Assembly (NCBI RefSeq): GCF_006345805.1
Contig: NW_021835409.1
Span: 1 to 43,387 of the forward strand
Reading direction: 5' to 3'
DNA from: Octopus sinensis
Taxonomy: Eukaryota
Length of the DNA stretch: 43,387 nucleotides
Within the stretch, counting starts at the first letter, position 1; every line of letters begins with the position of its first letter. Positions 23,357-35,458 of this stretch are shown piece by piece. Under the pieces are notes generated by a model. It had not been told where the DNA came from. It worked only from the letters and a program-made list of their open reading frames with translations, and did no database searches. A program made the position numbers and the translations under genes.

Positions 23357-24613
23357 AATTTCCTTATTGCCCACAAGGGGCTAAACATAGGGGGGGACAA
23401 ACAAGGACAGACAAAGGGATTAAGTCTATTACGTTGATTACATCGACCTCAGTGCGTAACTGGTACTTCATTTATCGACCCCCAAAAGGATGAAAGGGAA
23501 AAGTCGACCTTGGCAGAATTTGAACTCAGAACGTAGCAGCAGACGAAATACCTATTTCTTTACTACCCACAAAGGGCTAAATACCGAGTGGACAAACAAG
23601 GACAGACAAAGGAATTAAGTCTATTACGTTGATTACATCGACCTCAGTACGTAACTGGTACTTAATTTATCGACTACAGAAGGATGAAAGGGAAAAGTCG
23701 ACCTTGGCGGGATTTGAACTCAGAACGTAGCAGCAGACGAAATACCTATTTCTTTACTACCCACAAGGGGCTAAACACAGAGCGGAGAAACAAGGACAGA
23801 CAAATGGATTAAGTTGATTACATTGACCCCAGTGCGTAACTGGTACTTATTTAATCGACACCGAAAGGATGAAAGGCAGAATCGACCTCGGCGCCATTTG
23901 AACTCAGAACGTAAAGACAGACGAAGTATTGTTAAGCATTTCGCCCAGCGTGCTAACGTTTCTTATTTCTTTATTGCCCACAAGGGGCTAATCATGGGGG
24001 GGGGGACAAGGACAGACAAAAGGATTAAGGTGATTATGTCGATTACATTGACCCCAGTGCGTAACTGGTACTTTAATTTATCAACCCCGAAAGGCTGAAA
24101 GCAAAGTCGACCTCGGCGGAATTTGAACTCAGAACGTAACGGCAGACGAAATACCTATTTCTTTACTACCCACAAGAGGCTAAACACAGAGGGGACAAAC
24201 AAAGACAGACAAACGGATTAAGTTGATTACATCGACCCCAGTGTGTAACTGGTACTTATTTGATCGACACTGAAAGGATGAAAGGCAAAGTCGACCTCAG
24301 TGGAATTTGAACTCAGAACGTAAAGACAGACAAAGTACCGTTAAGCATTTCGCCCAGCGTGCTAACGTTTATTTCTTTATTGCCCACAAGGGGGCTAAAC
24401 ATAGGGGGGGGGGCAAACAAGGACAGACAAAAGGATTAAGGTGATTATGTCGATTACATTGACCCCAGTGCGTAACTGGTACTTTAATTTAATCAACCCC
24501 GAAAGGCTGAAAGGCAAAGTCGACCTCGGCGGAATTTGAACTCAGAACAAAGACAGACGAAATACTGCTAAGCATTTTGCCCGGCGTGCTAACAATTCTG
24601 CCAGCTCGCCGCC
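23357..24613 (-). mobile_element. Tandem array of SINE family A: six core units, three heads
   Basis: Units start near 23357, 23553, 23747, 23963, 24156 and 24370. Head sequence (gcatttcgccc.gcgtgctaac) closes units 3, 5 and 6. Confidence 0.92.
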
Positions 24614-25662
24614 TACTTGTTTTCTGTCAGACTGTAGCCATGTTGGAGCACTGCCTTGAAGAAGTTTTCATCAAATGAATCAACGCCGGCACTTATTTTC
24701 TATTTGAAGCCTGGTACTTATTCCATCAATCTCCTTTGCCAAACTGCTAGGTTACAGGGTTGTACACACACCAACATCAGTTGTCAAGTGATGGTGGGAT
24801 ACAAGCACACACACACACAATGGACTTCCTTCAGTTTCCATCTACCAAATATATATATATTTTTTTATTCTTTTATTTGTTTCAATCATTTGACTGCAGC
24901 CATGCTGGAGCACTACTCCAAGTTGAACAAATTTACCTCAGGACTTATTCTATCAGTCTCTTTTGCTGACCCATTAAGCTACGGGGACATAAACACATCA
25001 ACATCAGTTGTCAGATGATGGTGTGAGGGACAAACATAGACATATACACAAATATATACATATATATACTCTCTTTACTCTTTTACTCATTTCAGTCATT
25101 TGACTGCGGCTATGCTGGAGCACCGCCTTTAGTCAAGCAAATCGACCCCAGGACTTATTCTTTGTAAGCCCAGTACTTATATCGGTCTCTTTTGCCAAAC
25201 CGCTAAGTGACGGGGACGTAAACACACCAGCATCAGTCGTCAAGCAATGCTAGGGGGACAAACACAGACACACAAACATATACACACACACTTATAATAT
25301 ATATATACATATATACGACAGGCTTCTTTCAGTTTCCATCTACCAAATCCACTCACAAGGCATTGGTCGGCCCGGGGCTATAGCAGAAGACAATTGCCCA
25401 AGATGCCACGCAGTGGGACTGAACCCGGAACCATGTGGTTGGTTAGCAAGCTACTTACCACACAGCCACTTCTGCGCCTATACAATGAGCTTCTTTCAGT
25501 TTCTGTTTACCAAATCCACTCACAAGGCTTTGGTAGGTGCAAGTGTATAGTAGAAAGGATGAAAGGCAAAATTGACCGCGGCAGAATTTGAACTCAGAAC
25601 GTAAAGACAGACAAAATACTAAGCATTTCACCCAGCGTGCCTCCGTTTCTGCCAGCTCGCCA
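24614..25662 (-). mobile_element. Cluster of family B fragments, one full B copy (~25065-25478) and a family A head (25552-25662)
   Basis: Repeated gtcatttgactgc.gc.atgctggagcac and cttctttcagtttcc motifs; ends with ctgccagctcgcca. Confidence 0.85.
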
Positions 25663-25879
25663 CGTTCTCAAGACAAATATTGTGTGTTATTTTGTGTCTG
25701 TTGTTTGTCTTCGAGTCTCTCAATGTAAGACGATGAATGAAGCATTATACTTCAAAATTTATTTAACTCTCAGAAAAACCACACAAAAGAAAAATAACGA
25801 TGTTTTATAACAAATTAATCGACATTTTTCTATATCAATGGAAGACATCCGTGCTGTACGTCTCTTTGTCTCTCTCTCT

Positions 25880-25885
25880 CCCCGT

Positions 25886-25920
<35 letters not shown>

Positions 25921-26249
25921 CATACACCTATATATATACACACATATATATATACATACATATGCATATATATATATATGTATATAACGTAATTATGTAT
26001 GTATAGACACACACACACACGCAACACACATATATACATACATACATATGCATATATATGTATGTATATAATGTAACTATGTATTTATACATACACACAC
26101 ACACACATATATAGATGCATACACATATGTATGTATACGATGTAATTATGTATTTATACACATACACACAAATATATATATATATATATACATACATACA
26201 TACACATATGTATATAATGAAACTATGTATTTATACATACACACACACA

Positions 26250-26302
<53 letters not shown>

Positions 26303-26341
26303 TATATATATGCATACACACACACATATATATACATACAT

Positions 26342-26380
<39 letters not shown>

Positions 26381-26440
26381 CATACACACATATATATATA
26401 TATATATGTATATAATTTAATTATGTATGTATACACACAC
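25880..26440. repeat. TA/CA microsatellite with ~75-bp secondary periodicity
   Basis: gtaa(t/c)tatgtat(g/t)tata recurs near 25990, 26072, 26142, 26220 and 26418. Confidence 0.9.
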
Positions 26441-26605
26441 AAAGGAAATATATATTCAATTTAAATAATCTGGCATATTCTAATATTTTCCAAATGATTA
26501 TTTTTAAACTTACCGAAATTGTTATCTTTTAAAAACCAGATATACTACAACAAGCGTATGTTTGTATACACACACACACACATCACTGTATCTATCTATC
26601 CATCA

Positions 26606-26646
<41 letters not shown>

Positions 26647-27099
26647 TACACACACAAATATACACTTGTATCAGTGTGTGTGTTTGTAGGATTATGAATG
26701 AAATGAGAAATAAGGCCAGACAATAAAATCCTTCATATTTTGGGCACTAAGCCTCTCTTCAAAAAGAACACAGTAAAAAAATGAGTGTCTACATAGATCC
26801 TGCCACGCTGGAGAGTCCAGGATCTATATAAATATATATTCCTTTGACTGAATTCTTTTGGAGGTGTACTTCAATGAAATGTTCTCAGCTGTTTGTTGTT
26901 ACAATGTCAAATGTCCTTGTTTGTTAGTCCCCTCTGTGTTTAGCCCCTTGTGGGCAATAAAGAAATACGAAATAAGATTTAGCCAGTCTGAATACAAAAC
27001 AGGAAGAAGAATTGTGCTGAAATCTGGCCAGTTAAAATGCTAAAGGGTGAAAAAAATGAGATGTGAATTGAGGAAGTGTTGCCTGTTGGTTCTAGCTCA

Positions 27100-27793
27100 A
27101 TCTCTCCCTATCTCTTTCCTCTATTCTCTTAATCCCTCCATTCCACCTCATTCAGATCTTTGCTTTCATCCCCATCTCTCTCTCTTTCTCTCTTTGATTA
27201 CTCTCTCTCTCTCTCTTTGATTACTCTCTCTCTCCTTCACTCTCTTTATCTTTCTGCTCTCCCTCACTCACAACTCTTTCTCTCTCTCCTTCTCTCTGCT
27301 CTCCATTACCATCCATCTAACTCCCTCTACTGTTTCTCATTCTTCCTCTCCACCCTTCCTCTATTCACTCTCTATCTCTCCTTCACTCTCTTTATACCTC
27401 TACTTCTTCCCTCCCATATCTCTGCTCTCTTTCCTCCTCCTGCTCTCTTTACTCACTCTCCTATCTCTCCCCTTCACTCTCTTCATCTCTATAGTCTACC
27501 TGACCCATAACTCTCCCTCTCTCCATCTGCCTAACTCACACTGTTCTCTATCACACACACACACACTCCCTCTCTCTCTTTCTCTCTGTCTCTCTTCCTC
27601 ACTCATTCATTCATTCACATACTATCTGTCTCTCTTCTCACTCACTCACTCACACATTCTGTCTCTCTCTCACCCTCACCCTCTCTCCTTCTCTCTCTCC
27701 TCCTTATTGCCATCTACCTCATTCATCCTCTCTCCCTCTGATCTTTATTACTACCGGCCTGTTTCATTCTGTACTCTCTCTCCATCTCCCGCC

Positions 27794-27828
<35 letters not shown>

Positions 27829-27960
27829 CACACACACACACACACACACACACTCACTTTCTCTCATTGTTCACCTTTCTCACTTTCGCTCACCTCCTCC
27901 CACCAACCCTCTCCTCTTCAACAACATCTCCCACTTCCTATCTGCCCTCTGTTCCCCACC
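27100..27960. repeat. Pyrimidine-rich (CT) low-complexity tract with (CA)n
   Basis: Direct reading. Confidence 0.9.
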
Positions 27961-28179
27961 CCCCTACACTCTATAGTCACCAAAACACAATACACGGCTC
28001 TGGTATCTCACCGGCCATCTATCACTCTATATATCTATAGTAAGACGAAATATGAGAGTCTGAGATAAAGAGGTGGAATAAAAAAAAAGGTATCATTAAT
28101 TCTGAGAATCCTCAAATTACCAAAGATATATAAAAAGAAACGAAGGTTAATTGATAATCGTAATTACTGAGTTACACCA

Positions 28180-28625
28180 CACACATACACACACGCCTAC
28201 ACACCTCCCACATACACAAGTACACATTTTGTGTATATGTATGTGTGTGGTGTATATATTTATATACACATAATATATGCACGTTTGTAAATACATATAT
28301 ACACACATAGTATATATATGTGTATATATATGTATGCATGTGTGTGTATATATATATATATACACACATGCACACATGTATGTATATATACATGCATACA
28401 TATATATATATATATATATATATACATACATCTATACGCATACATATACATACATATATATACACACATATATATACATACACACACACACACGTATATA
28501 TATACATATACATTCATACATATATATATATATTCATATAACTACACACACACATACATATATATATGCATACATATATAGTATGTATATATGTATGTGT
28601 GTGTATATATATATATATATATATT
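28180..28625. repeat. Compound TA/CA microsatellite
   Basis: Direct reading. Confidence 0.9.
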
Positions 28626-29240
28626 GTGCAGGTGTGAGTATATACGTATACATAATTATGTGTATGTATTGCAGGATTCTTGATGTAAAATATATATTGC
28701 GCTTTGTTGGGAAGGCCATTTTGCCAACAAATTACACACACTGGTTTCATTTCATATCATTTTCATGATTAATTAATTGATTAATTAATTAATTAATTAA
28801 ATTATTAATAAGTTAATTAAATAATTACTTTATCAAAGATCTTTCATCACAGCCTGGAATCTTATCAATAGTCATGTACTCCAATCAACAAACAACATCC
28901 AAATCATTAGAATTACTCTGAATAGCTTTCTGTCCTCTTTGTGGCAATGGTGACCTAACTCACTGGTTTTCAAATAGGGTTCATGTGACCCTTGAGGTTC
29001 AGTAATGCCCCTGTGGGTCCTTGTAATTGTTAAAATTTGTGTACAATAACATTGGTTGTACTTCTACACTCTTTTACTTGTTTCAGTCATTTGACTGCAG
29101 CCATGCTGGAGCACTGCCTTTAGTTGAGCAAATCGATCCCAGGACTTATTCTTTGGAAGCCTAGTACTTATTTTATCAGTCTCTTTTGCCGAACTGCTAT
29201 GTTACAGGGACGTAAACACATCAGCATCGGTTGTACAGAT

Positions 29241-29278
<38 letters not shown>

Positions 29279-29280
29279 CA

Positions 29281-29426
29281 CAGTGTGGTTGGCGTTAAGA
29301 AGGGCATCCAGCCGTAGAAACTCTGCCAGATCAAACTGGGCCTGGTGCAGCCTTCTGGCTTCCTAGACCCCAGTTGAACAGTCCAACCCATGCTAGCATG
29401 GAAAGCGGACGCTAAACGATGATGAT
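29281..29426 (+). mobile_element. Family C, short 5'-truncated copy
   Basis: ggttggcgttaagaagggcatccagcc...ccatgctagcatgg...gacgctaaacgatgatgat. Confidence 0.9.
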
Positions 29427-29453
29427 TATATATATATATATATATTATATATA

Positions 29454-29790
29454 TATATAATATTAATTAGAGACAAAACCGCTATTTTGCAAAACAAACA
29501 AGGAAAGACTTAATCAATACATAAAATTTTAATAAAAAGTAAAAAAACCGCCACTACAATTGTTTCATGTCTTGAACGACAATCTTCAGGTGGATTTCCG
29601 ATTTTCAAATCAGTTTCAATTAAATTGAAACTGATTTGAAAATCGGAAATCCACCTGAAGATTGTCGTTCAAGACATGAACAATTGTAGTGGCGGTTTTT
29701 TTTACTTTTTATTAAAATTTTATGTATTGATTAAGTCTTTCCTTGTTTGTTTTGCAAAATAGCGGTTTTGTCTCTAATTAATATTATATA
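29454..29790. repeat. Near-perfect 337-bp palindrome (168-bp arms, centre 29622) containing mirror hammerhead motifs
   Basis: The arms differ only by two 1-nt indels (A7/T8 run; GAAA versus GAA). Motif at 29551-29593 (-) is intact; motif at 29651-29692 (+) lacks one A. Confidence 0.95.
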
Positions 29791-29868
29791 ATATTTTACT
29801 ATAAAATTGGATTTAATCCTAAATCTGATTTTTTCCCTGTAAATTTGGATTTATTCCCTAATATTTAT

Positions 29869-29900
<32 letters not shown>

Positions 29901-30099
29901 TATATACAATGGGCTTCTTTCAGTTTCCGTCTACCAAATCCACTCACAAGGCTTTGGTCGGCCTGCAGCTATAGAAGACACTTGCCCAAGGTGCCATGCA
30001 GTGGGACTGAACCCAGAACCATGTGCATGTGGTTGGTAAGCAAACTACTTACCACACAGCCACTCTTGCACCTATATATGTATATATAGTCGCATTTAG

Positions 30100-30253
30100 C
30101 AGAGCCAGCACTTGGGTTGCTGGTGCCCCAGGCTAGCTGAACTTCAGCCTGTACAAGCTGACAGTCATGGAAATTTCCTTGTCATGCTCTCCTTGGAGCT
30201 CTCTAGCACATGGTGCCCTGGGCAACTGCCCGAGTTCCTGGTACCTAGCCCTG
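30100..30253. mobile_element. hAT-type MITE
   Basis: Ends CAGAGC...GCCCTG, flanked by a 7/8-matching 8-bp TSD gcatttag (30092) / acatttag (30254). Confidence 0.65.
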
Positions 30254-30350
30254 ACATTTAGTGACTTTTGTAATTCTCCATTTTGGTGAAACATTACAAA
30301 CTGCTGTTCATATTAATTTTATATATATGCATATATGTGTGTGTATTTAA

Positions 30351-30613
30351 GATACCCGTGCTGGTGGCACATAAAAAGCACCATCCAAACATGGCTGATG
30401 CCAGCGCCGCCTGAGTGGTGTCCGTGTCAGTGACATGTAAAAAGCACCCACTACACTCACGGAGTGGTTGGCATTAGGAAGGGCATCCAGCTGTAGAAAC
30501 ATCGCCAGACCAGACTGGAGCCTGGTGCAGATTCCTGGCTTCCCAGACCCGGTCGAACCGTCCAACACACACTAGCATGGCAAACGGACATTAAACGATG
30601 ATGATGATGATGA
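30351..30613 (+). mobile_element. Family C
   Basis: Same diagnostic motifs and (GAT)n tail. Confidence 0.9.
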
Positions 30614-30642
30614 TATGTGTGTGTGCTTGACCCCAACCACAT

Positions 30643-30800
30643 TCTGAGTTCAAATACCGCCGAAGTTGACTTTGCCACTCGTCCTTTCGGGGTCGATAAA
30701 ATAAGTGCCAGTTGAACACTGGGGTTTGATGTAATCAACTTAATCCCACACCACCACCACCACCACCAACAACAACTTGCTGGCTTTGTGACAAGCTTTA
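30643..30800 (+). mobile_element. SINE family A fragment
   Basis: ttctgagttcaaataccgccgaagttgactttgcc...ggggtcgataaaataagtgccag. Confidence 0.8.
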
Positions 30801-31240
30801 TAACAACCACATCACCTTGAAACTCAAACTAGTGACTGTCATGAAAGACGCAAATAAAAGAGCAGCAATCATATTGATTTTTTTTTGCACAAAATCAATA
30901 ACACTACGACTATTGACAAATAATATGTTAAGACAATCCTCCTTCCTTCATCGGACATTCTCCAAACCTATATTTGCCGTGCTTTTGTAAACATTACTAA
31001 AAAAAACATTTCTTTCTTTTTCTTTCCAAAGAACTTTGCTCCGAATGTCAGGACTCTCTTCTCCCAACGGTAGGTGAACTTATCCAAATTTACAAACTAA
31101 ACCAAATGGTTATTACCATCATAGAAATCCCTCGTTTCCATAGACTCGTTATTATTTAATCAACTGACAGTAGGAAGCTGATAGAAATGTTAAAACATCG
31201 AGGAAAAAAAAATACCTGGTGGTATTTCTTCCAACTTTAA

Positions 31241-31977
31241 CCCATTAGTATTTAGATAACTCTAAGGTGGCGAGCTGGCAGAATCGTTAGCACGCCAGGT
31301 GAAATGCTTAGCAGTATTTCGTCTGTCGCTACGTTCTGAGTTCAAAATTCCACCGAGGTCGACTTTGCCTTTCATCCTTTTGGGGTCGATAAATTAAGTA
31401 CCAGCTACGTACTGGGGTCGATATAATCGACTTATTCCGTTTGTCTGTCCTTGTTTGTCCTCTCTGTGTTTAGCCCCTTGTGGGTAGTAAAAGAAATAGG
31501 TATTTCGTCTGCCGTTACGTTCTGAGTTCAAATTCCGCCAAGGTTGACTGTGCCTTTCATCCTTTCGGGATCGATAAAATAAATACCAGTTGCAAACTGG
31601 GGTCAATATAATTGATAAATTAAGTACCTGTTTGATAAATTAAGTACCTGTTTGATAAATTAAGTACCTGTTATGCACTGGGGTCAATATAATCGACTTA
31701 ATCCGTTTGTCTGTCCTTGTTTGTCCCCTCTATGCTTAGCCCCTAGTGGGCAATAAAGAAATAAGTATTTAGATAACTCTGTCAAAAGTAATGCTTATTT
31801 ATTCACATTGATTCGAATTAATCATGGCTTATGTCTTCGCTTTGAGATTCTGATAATGCAGTTGTCTACTTTTTAGAATGACATTGCAGAGTAGGTGCAC
31901 CAGGTCAGATCTGGTCAGTTTGAACATAAGACAGGTCAATATTTCGGCTGGGTATGGCCTGTTTAAATGCTGAAGGG
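31241..31977. mobile_element. piggyBac-type MITE interrupted by a family A SINE
   Basis: TTAA|CCC at 31237-31243 and GGG|TTAA at 31975-31981. Imperfect TIRs cccattagtattta / taaatgctgaaggg. Confidence 0.8.
31264..31763 (+). mobile_element. SINE family A, two-core copy with 17-bp TSD
   Basis: agtatttagataactct at 31247-31263 and 31764-31780. Internal 3x ttgataaattaagtacctgt at 31612-31671. Confidence 0.95.
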
Positions 31978-31980
31978 TTA

Positions 31981-32190
31981 AGGCAGCAGTGAGCTTGCAG
32001 AATCATTAGCGTGTCAGGCAAAATGCTTAGCAACATCTTCTCTGTCTTTGTGTTCTGACTTCAAATTCCTCCAAGGTCTACTTTGCCTCCCCTCCTGTTG
32101 GGGTCGATGAAATAAGTACCAGCTGATGACTGGGGTCCATGTAATTGATTTTGTCCTGCCCTCAAAATTGCTAGCCTTGTGCTAGAAACC
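31981..32190 (+). mobile_element. SINE family A, alternative tail, diverged
   Basis: aggcagcagtgagcttgcagaatcattagc...ggggtcgatgaaataagtaccag...aaaattgctagccttgtgctag. Confidence 0.8.
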
Positions 32191-32235
32191 TTAACCCAGT
32201 GGTTCCCAACAGTCGTTTCCAACCCTTGTATTAAC

Positions 32236-32828
32236 ATTGTGTTTTTAACGCAGCATGTCCGTAAAAGAAGTAATCTCAAGACAAATACAGCAATAACTGG
32301 CCTATCAGTAGTGTATTTACATTAAGTATGATACATAGATGGCTATTTTAAATGGTCTTGCTTTATTCTTCAAATAAGTCAAGACAATAGTAAATGAATT
32401 CGAAGAGGTTGTATGTTTCTAGGCAAATTTTCATCTCCCTCTGATGTATATTGTGTTTTTAAAGCATGTCCATAAAGGATGTAATCTCAAGACAAATACA
32501 GCAATAACTGGCCCATCAGAAGTGTATATACATTAAGTATGATACATAGATGGCTTTTTTAAATGGTCTTGCTTTATTCTTCAAATAAGCCAAGACAATA
32601 GTTAATGAATTCGAAGAGGTTTTATGTTTCTAGGCAAATTTTCATCTCCCTCTGATGTATATTGTGTTTTTAACACAGCATGTCCCAAATACAGCAATAA
32701 CTGGCCTATCAGTAGTGTATATACATTAAGTATGATACATAGATGGCTATTTTAAATGGTCTTGCTTTATTCTTCAAATAAGTCAAGACAATAATAAATG
32801 AATTCGAAGAGGTTGTATGTTTCTAGGC
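32236..32828. repeat. Three highly similar tandem copies of a ~212-bp unique unit
   Basis: Units start at 32236, 32450 and 32661; the third has an internal deletion and is truncated. Confidence 0.95.
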
Positions 32829-33836
32829 TACATGCATATTTCCCAGCTATGTACATATTTTAGCTACATTGTAGTTGAAACAAAATGAGAAAAAAGTATG
32901 CCAGACGACCACAACATACATGTAAAATACCTGGGGAGTAAATCATCTTGATCTAAAAGTAACTTCGGTTCCTAACAGAGTTGTCTAATTAAAGAAGAAA
33001 CATTCTGGAACCGAAAATAGAAGAAAAAGAAAAAGTAAGATATAGTAAAAGACCACTTAAAAGGAAGAATGTATAATGAAAAGACAAACAAGGAACAAAA
33101 AGAAAACGGTAAATGTTCTGAAAAAAAAAAAAAGGATATAAAAGCATTACAAGTATAAACATTGATAACATAAATCATAAAGATTTAGTACAAGCAAAAC
33201 AAACAAACAAAAAAAAATGATAATAAAAATATCAACAAGAAATAAATAACATCAAAAATATCGACCAAAAAGAAACAGAATCAGAATTCACACCAACAGA
33301 AAAAAAAAAATAAATAAAAATAAAAATAATAATAATAATAATAATAATAGCAATAATAATAATAACAATAATAATAATAATAATAATAAAGAATTTTGAA
33401 CAGAATGAAAAGGAGAAAAGATCTAAGAGCAAAAAGTTCTAAAGCTTGGAAATTTTTGGATAATCTAAAGGTGGAAATGTTTAAAGAATTAAAATCGATT
33501 GGAGATCTTATGACCAACGAATGATTCTATCAAAGATAAAAACTCAACAATAAAATAACAACAATCTTTTTTAAATGCGCAGCCATCAACCTTATACCAA
33601 TATGTAAATTTGGTTCTGTCTGGCATAATCTTGTTTACGTTTTTATAAGTAGACGTGAGCTTATTTTCGGCACTTTGAAAGACGGCGATACGCAATCAGT
33701 GAGGATTCTTTGATGAGAAACAACAATATTTAGTTCGGTTTTAGTTTTAAAAGCTTTTGTGGTTTGGCCCATGTGACCCACTTTCGCAGAACCGCTAAAT
33801 GTATGTTTATTAAATGTGTGGACATTGCTACAATGT

Positions 33837-34235
33837 GTGGAGGCGCAATGGCCCAGTGGTTAGGGCAGCAGACTCGCGGCCGTAAGATCGCGGTTTCGAT
33901 TCCCAGACCGGGCATCCATCATCATCATCATTTAGCGTCCGCCTTCCATGCTAGCATGGGTTGGACGGTTCAACTGGGGTCTGGGAAGCCAGAAGACTGC
34001 ACCAGGCCCAGTCTCATCTGGCAATGTTTCTACGGCTGGATGCCCTTCCTAACGCCAACCCCTCCATGAGTGTAGTGAGTGCTTTTTACGTGCCAGATGG
34101 GGCTGGCAAGCGGCCATGGTCGGATGGTGCTTTTTGAGTGCCACTGGCACGGGGGCCAGGCGAGGCTGGCAACGGCGAGCAAAAGCACCTAAAGCTCCAC
34201 AAAGCTCTGGCTAGGGGTGATGGTGAACCTTGCTG
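33837..34235 (+). mobile_element. SINE family D interrupted by an antisense family C copy (33916-34176)
   Basis: D head ends at cccagaccgggc and resumes at gagcaaaagcacctaaagctccac. Confidence 0.85.
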
Positions 34236-34483
34236 GGTTGCGGGACCTTATCAGAAGGCTGCGATTGGTTGGGTTGCACATTGGCATGTAATAGAGCAAG
34301 AGACAAACTGCACCAATACCAACCAATCAGATTAGTGGACACAACAGGGTCCAAATGGCCGAAGGCTAGCTGTTATCTGCTACGTCTGTATTTATGCTAT
34401 ATATAACAGAGAGTGAGAGAATTTCACTAAGCGTATGTTACATATTATATATCCAATACACAAGGACATACAAATATATATAC

Positions 34484-34513
<30 letters not shown>

Positions 34514-34516
<3 letters not shown>

Positions 34517-34823
34517 GAGATGCAATGGCCCAGTGTTTAGGGCAGCGAACTCGCAGTCGTAGGGTCGCAGTTTTGATTCCTAGATGGGCATTGTGAGTGT
34601 TTATTGAGCGAAAACACTTAAAGCTCCACAAGGCTCTGGCAGGGGGCAGTGGCGAACCATGCTGTACTCTTTCACCACAACTTTCTCTAACTCTTACTTC
34701 CTGTTTCTGTTGTACCTGTATTTCAAAGGGCCAGCCTTGTCACTCTGTGTGCCACGCTGAATCTCCCCGAGAACTACGTTAAGGGTACACGTGTCTGTGG
34801 AGTGCTCAGCCACTTGCACGTTG
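34514..34823 (+). mobile_element. SINE family D, longest copy
   Basis: tRNA-like head with A/B boxes, followed by ..gaactacgttaagggtacacgtgtctgtggagtgctcagccacttgcacg. Confidence 0.85.
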
Positions 34824-35219
34824 ATAAATGAGCTGTGACGTCTCTAGTGCCAAGCAGTATCTGCTGTTGACTTTCCCTTGGATAACACTGGTGGTGTGGA
34901 GAGGGGAGGCTGGTATGCATGGGCGACTGCTGGTCTTCCATAAACAACCTTGCCCAGACTTCTGCATCGGAGGGCAACTTTCTAGGTGCAATCCCATGGT
35001 CATTCATGACCAAAGGGGTTCACAACAACTACTGTTTATATATAATCATCATCGTTGAACATTCATTCTCTATGTTGCTATGGGTTGGAAATTTTTGACA
35101 GGAGTTGAGAGGTCAAAAGACTACATTGAATCCCGCTGTCTGTTTCAGCATGGTTTTCATAGCTGGATGCTTTTCCTAACACCAACTACTTTACAAAGTG
35201 TAATAATAAATGTGTCCTT

Positions 35220-35458
35220 TTAAAGCCTAGCCAGGCTCATGGGCCCGGTTTCCCGGTTTCTATGGCGTATGTGTTCCCCAGCTGGATGGGACGCCAGTCC
35301 ATTGCAGCGTTACTCATTTTTGCCAGTTGAGTGGACAGGAGTAACGTGAAATGAAGTGTTTTGCTCAAGCACACAACGAGTCGCCCAGTCCAGGAATCGA
35401 AACCACAATCTTATGATCATGATGCTGACACCTTAACCACTAAGCCACGCGCCTCCAC
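35220..35458 (-). mobile_element. tRNA-headed SINE family E, full length
   Basis: Minus strand: gtggaggcgcgtggcttagtggtt...gtttcgattcctgg...atggactggcgtcccatccag (V-domain-like, from memory). Confidence 0.85.

Larger units (their letters stand above)
29068..30072 (-). mobile_element. SINE family B split at its internal (TA)n: 3' half ~29068-29245, 5' half ~29905-30072
   Basis: The two halves are complementary parts of the family B consensus seen at 40061. Family C and the palindrome lie between them. Confidence 0.8.

Noticed and set aside
23357-24613. CRISPR-like regular repeat appearance
   Set aside because: Units are ~190-bp SINE cores with no unique spacers; the context is eukaryotic and there are no cas genes.
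26793-26827. 10-bp hairpin atagatcctg/caggatctat
   Set aside because: Too short to distinguish from chance or a decayed MITE.
33000-33720. A-rich region with Lys/Glu-rich partial translations
   Set aside because: Frequent stops; low-complexity poly-A/AAT explains the composition.
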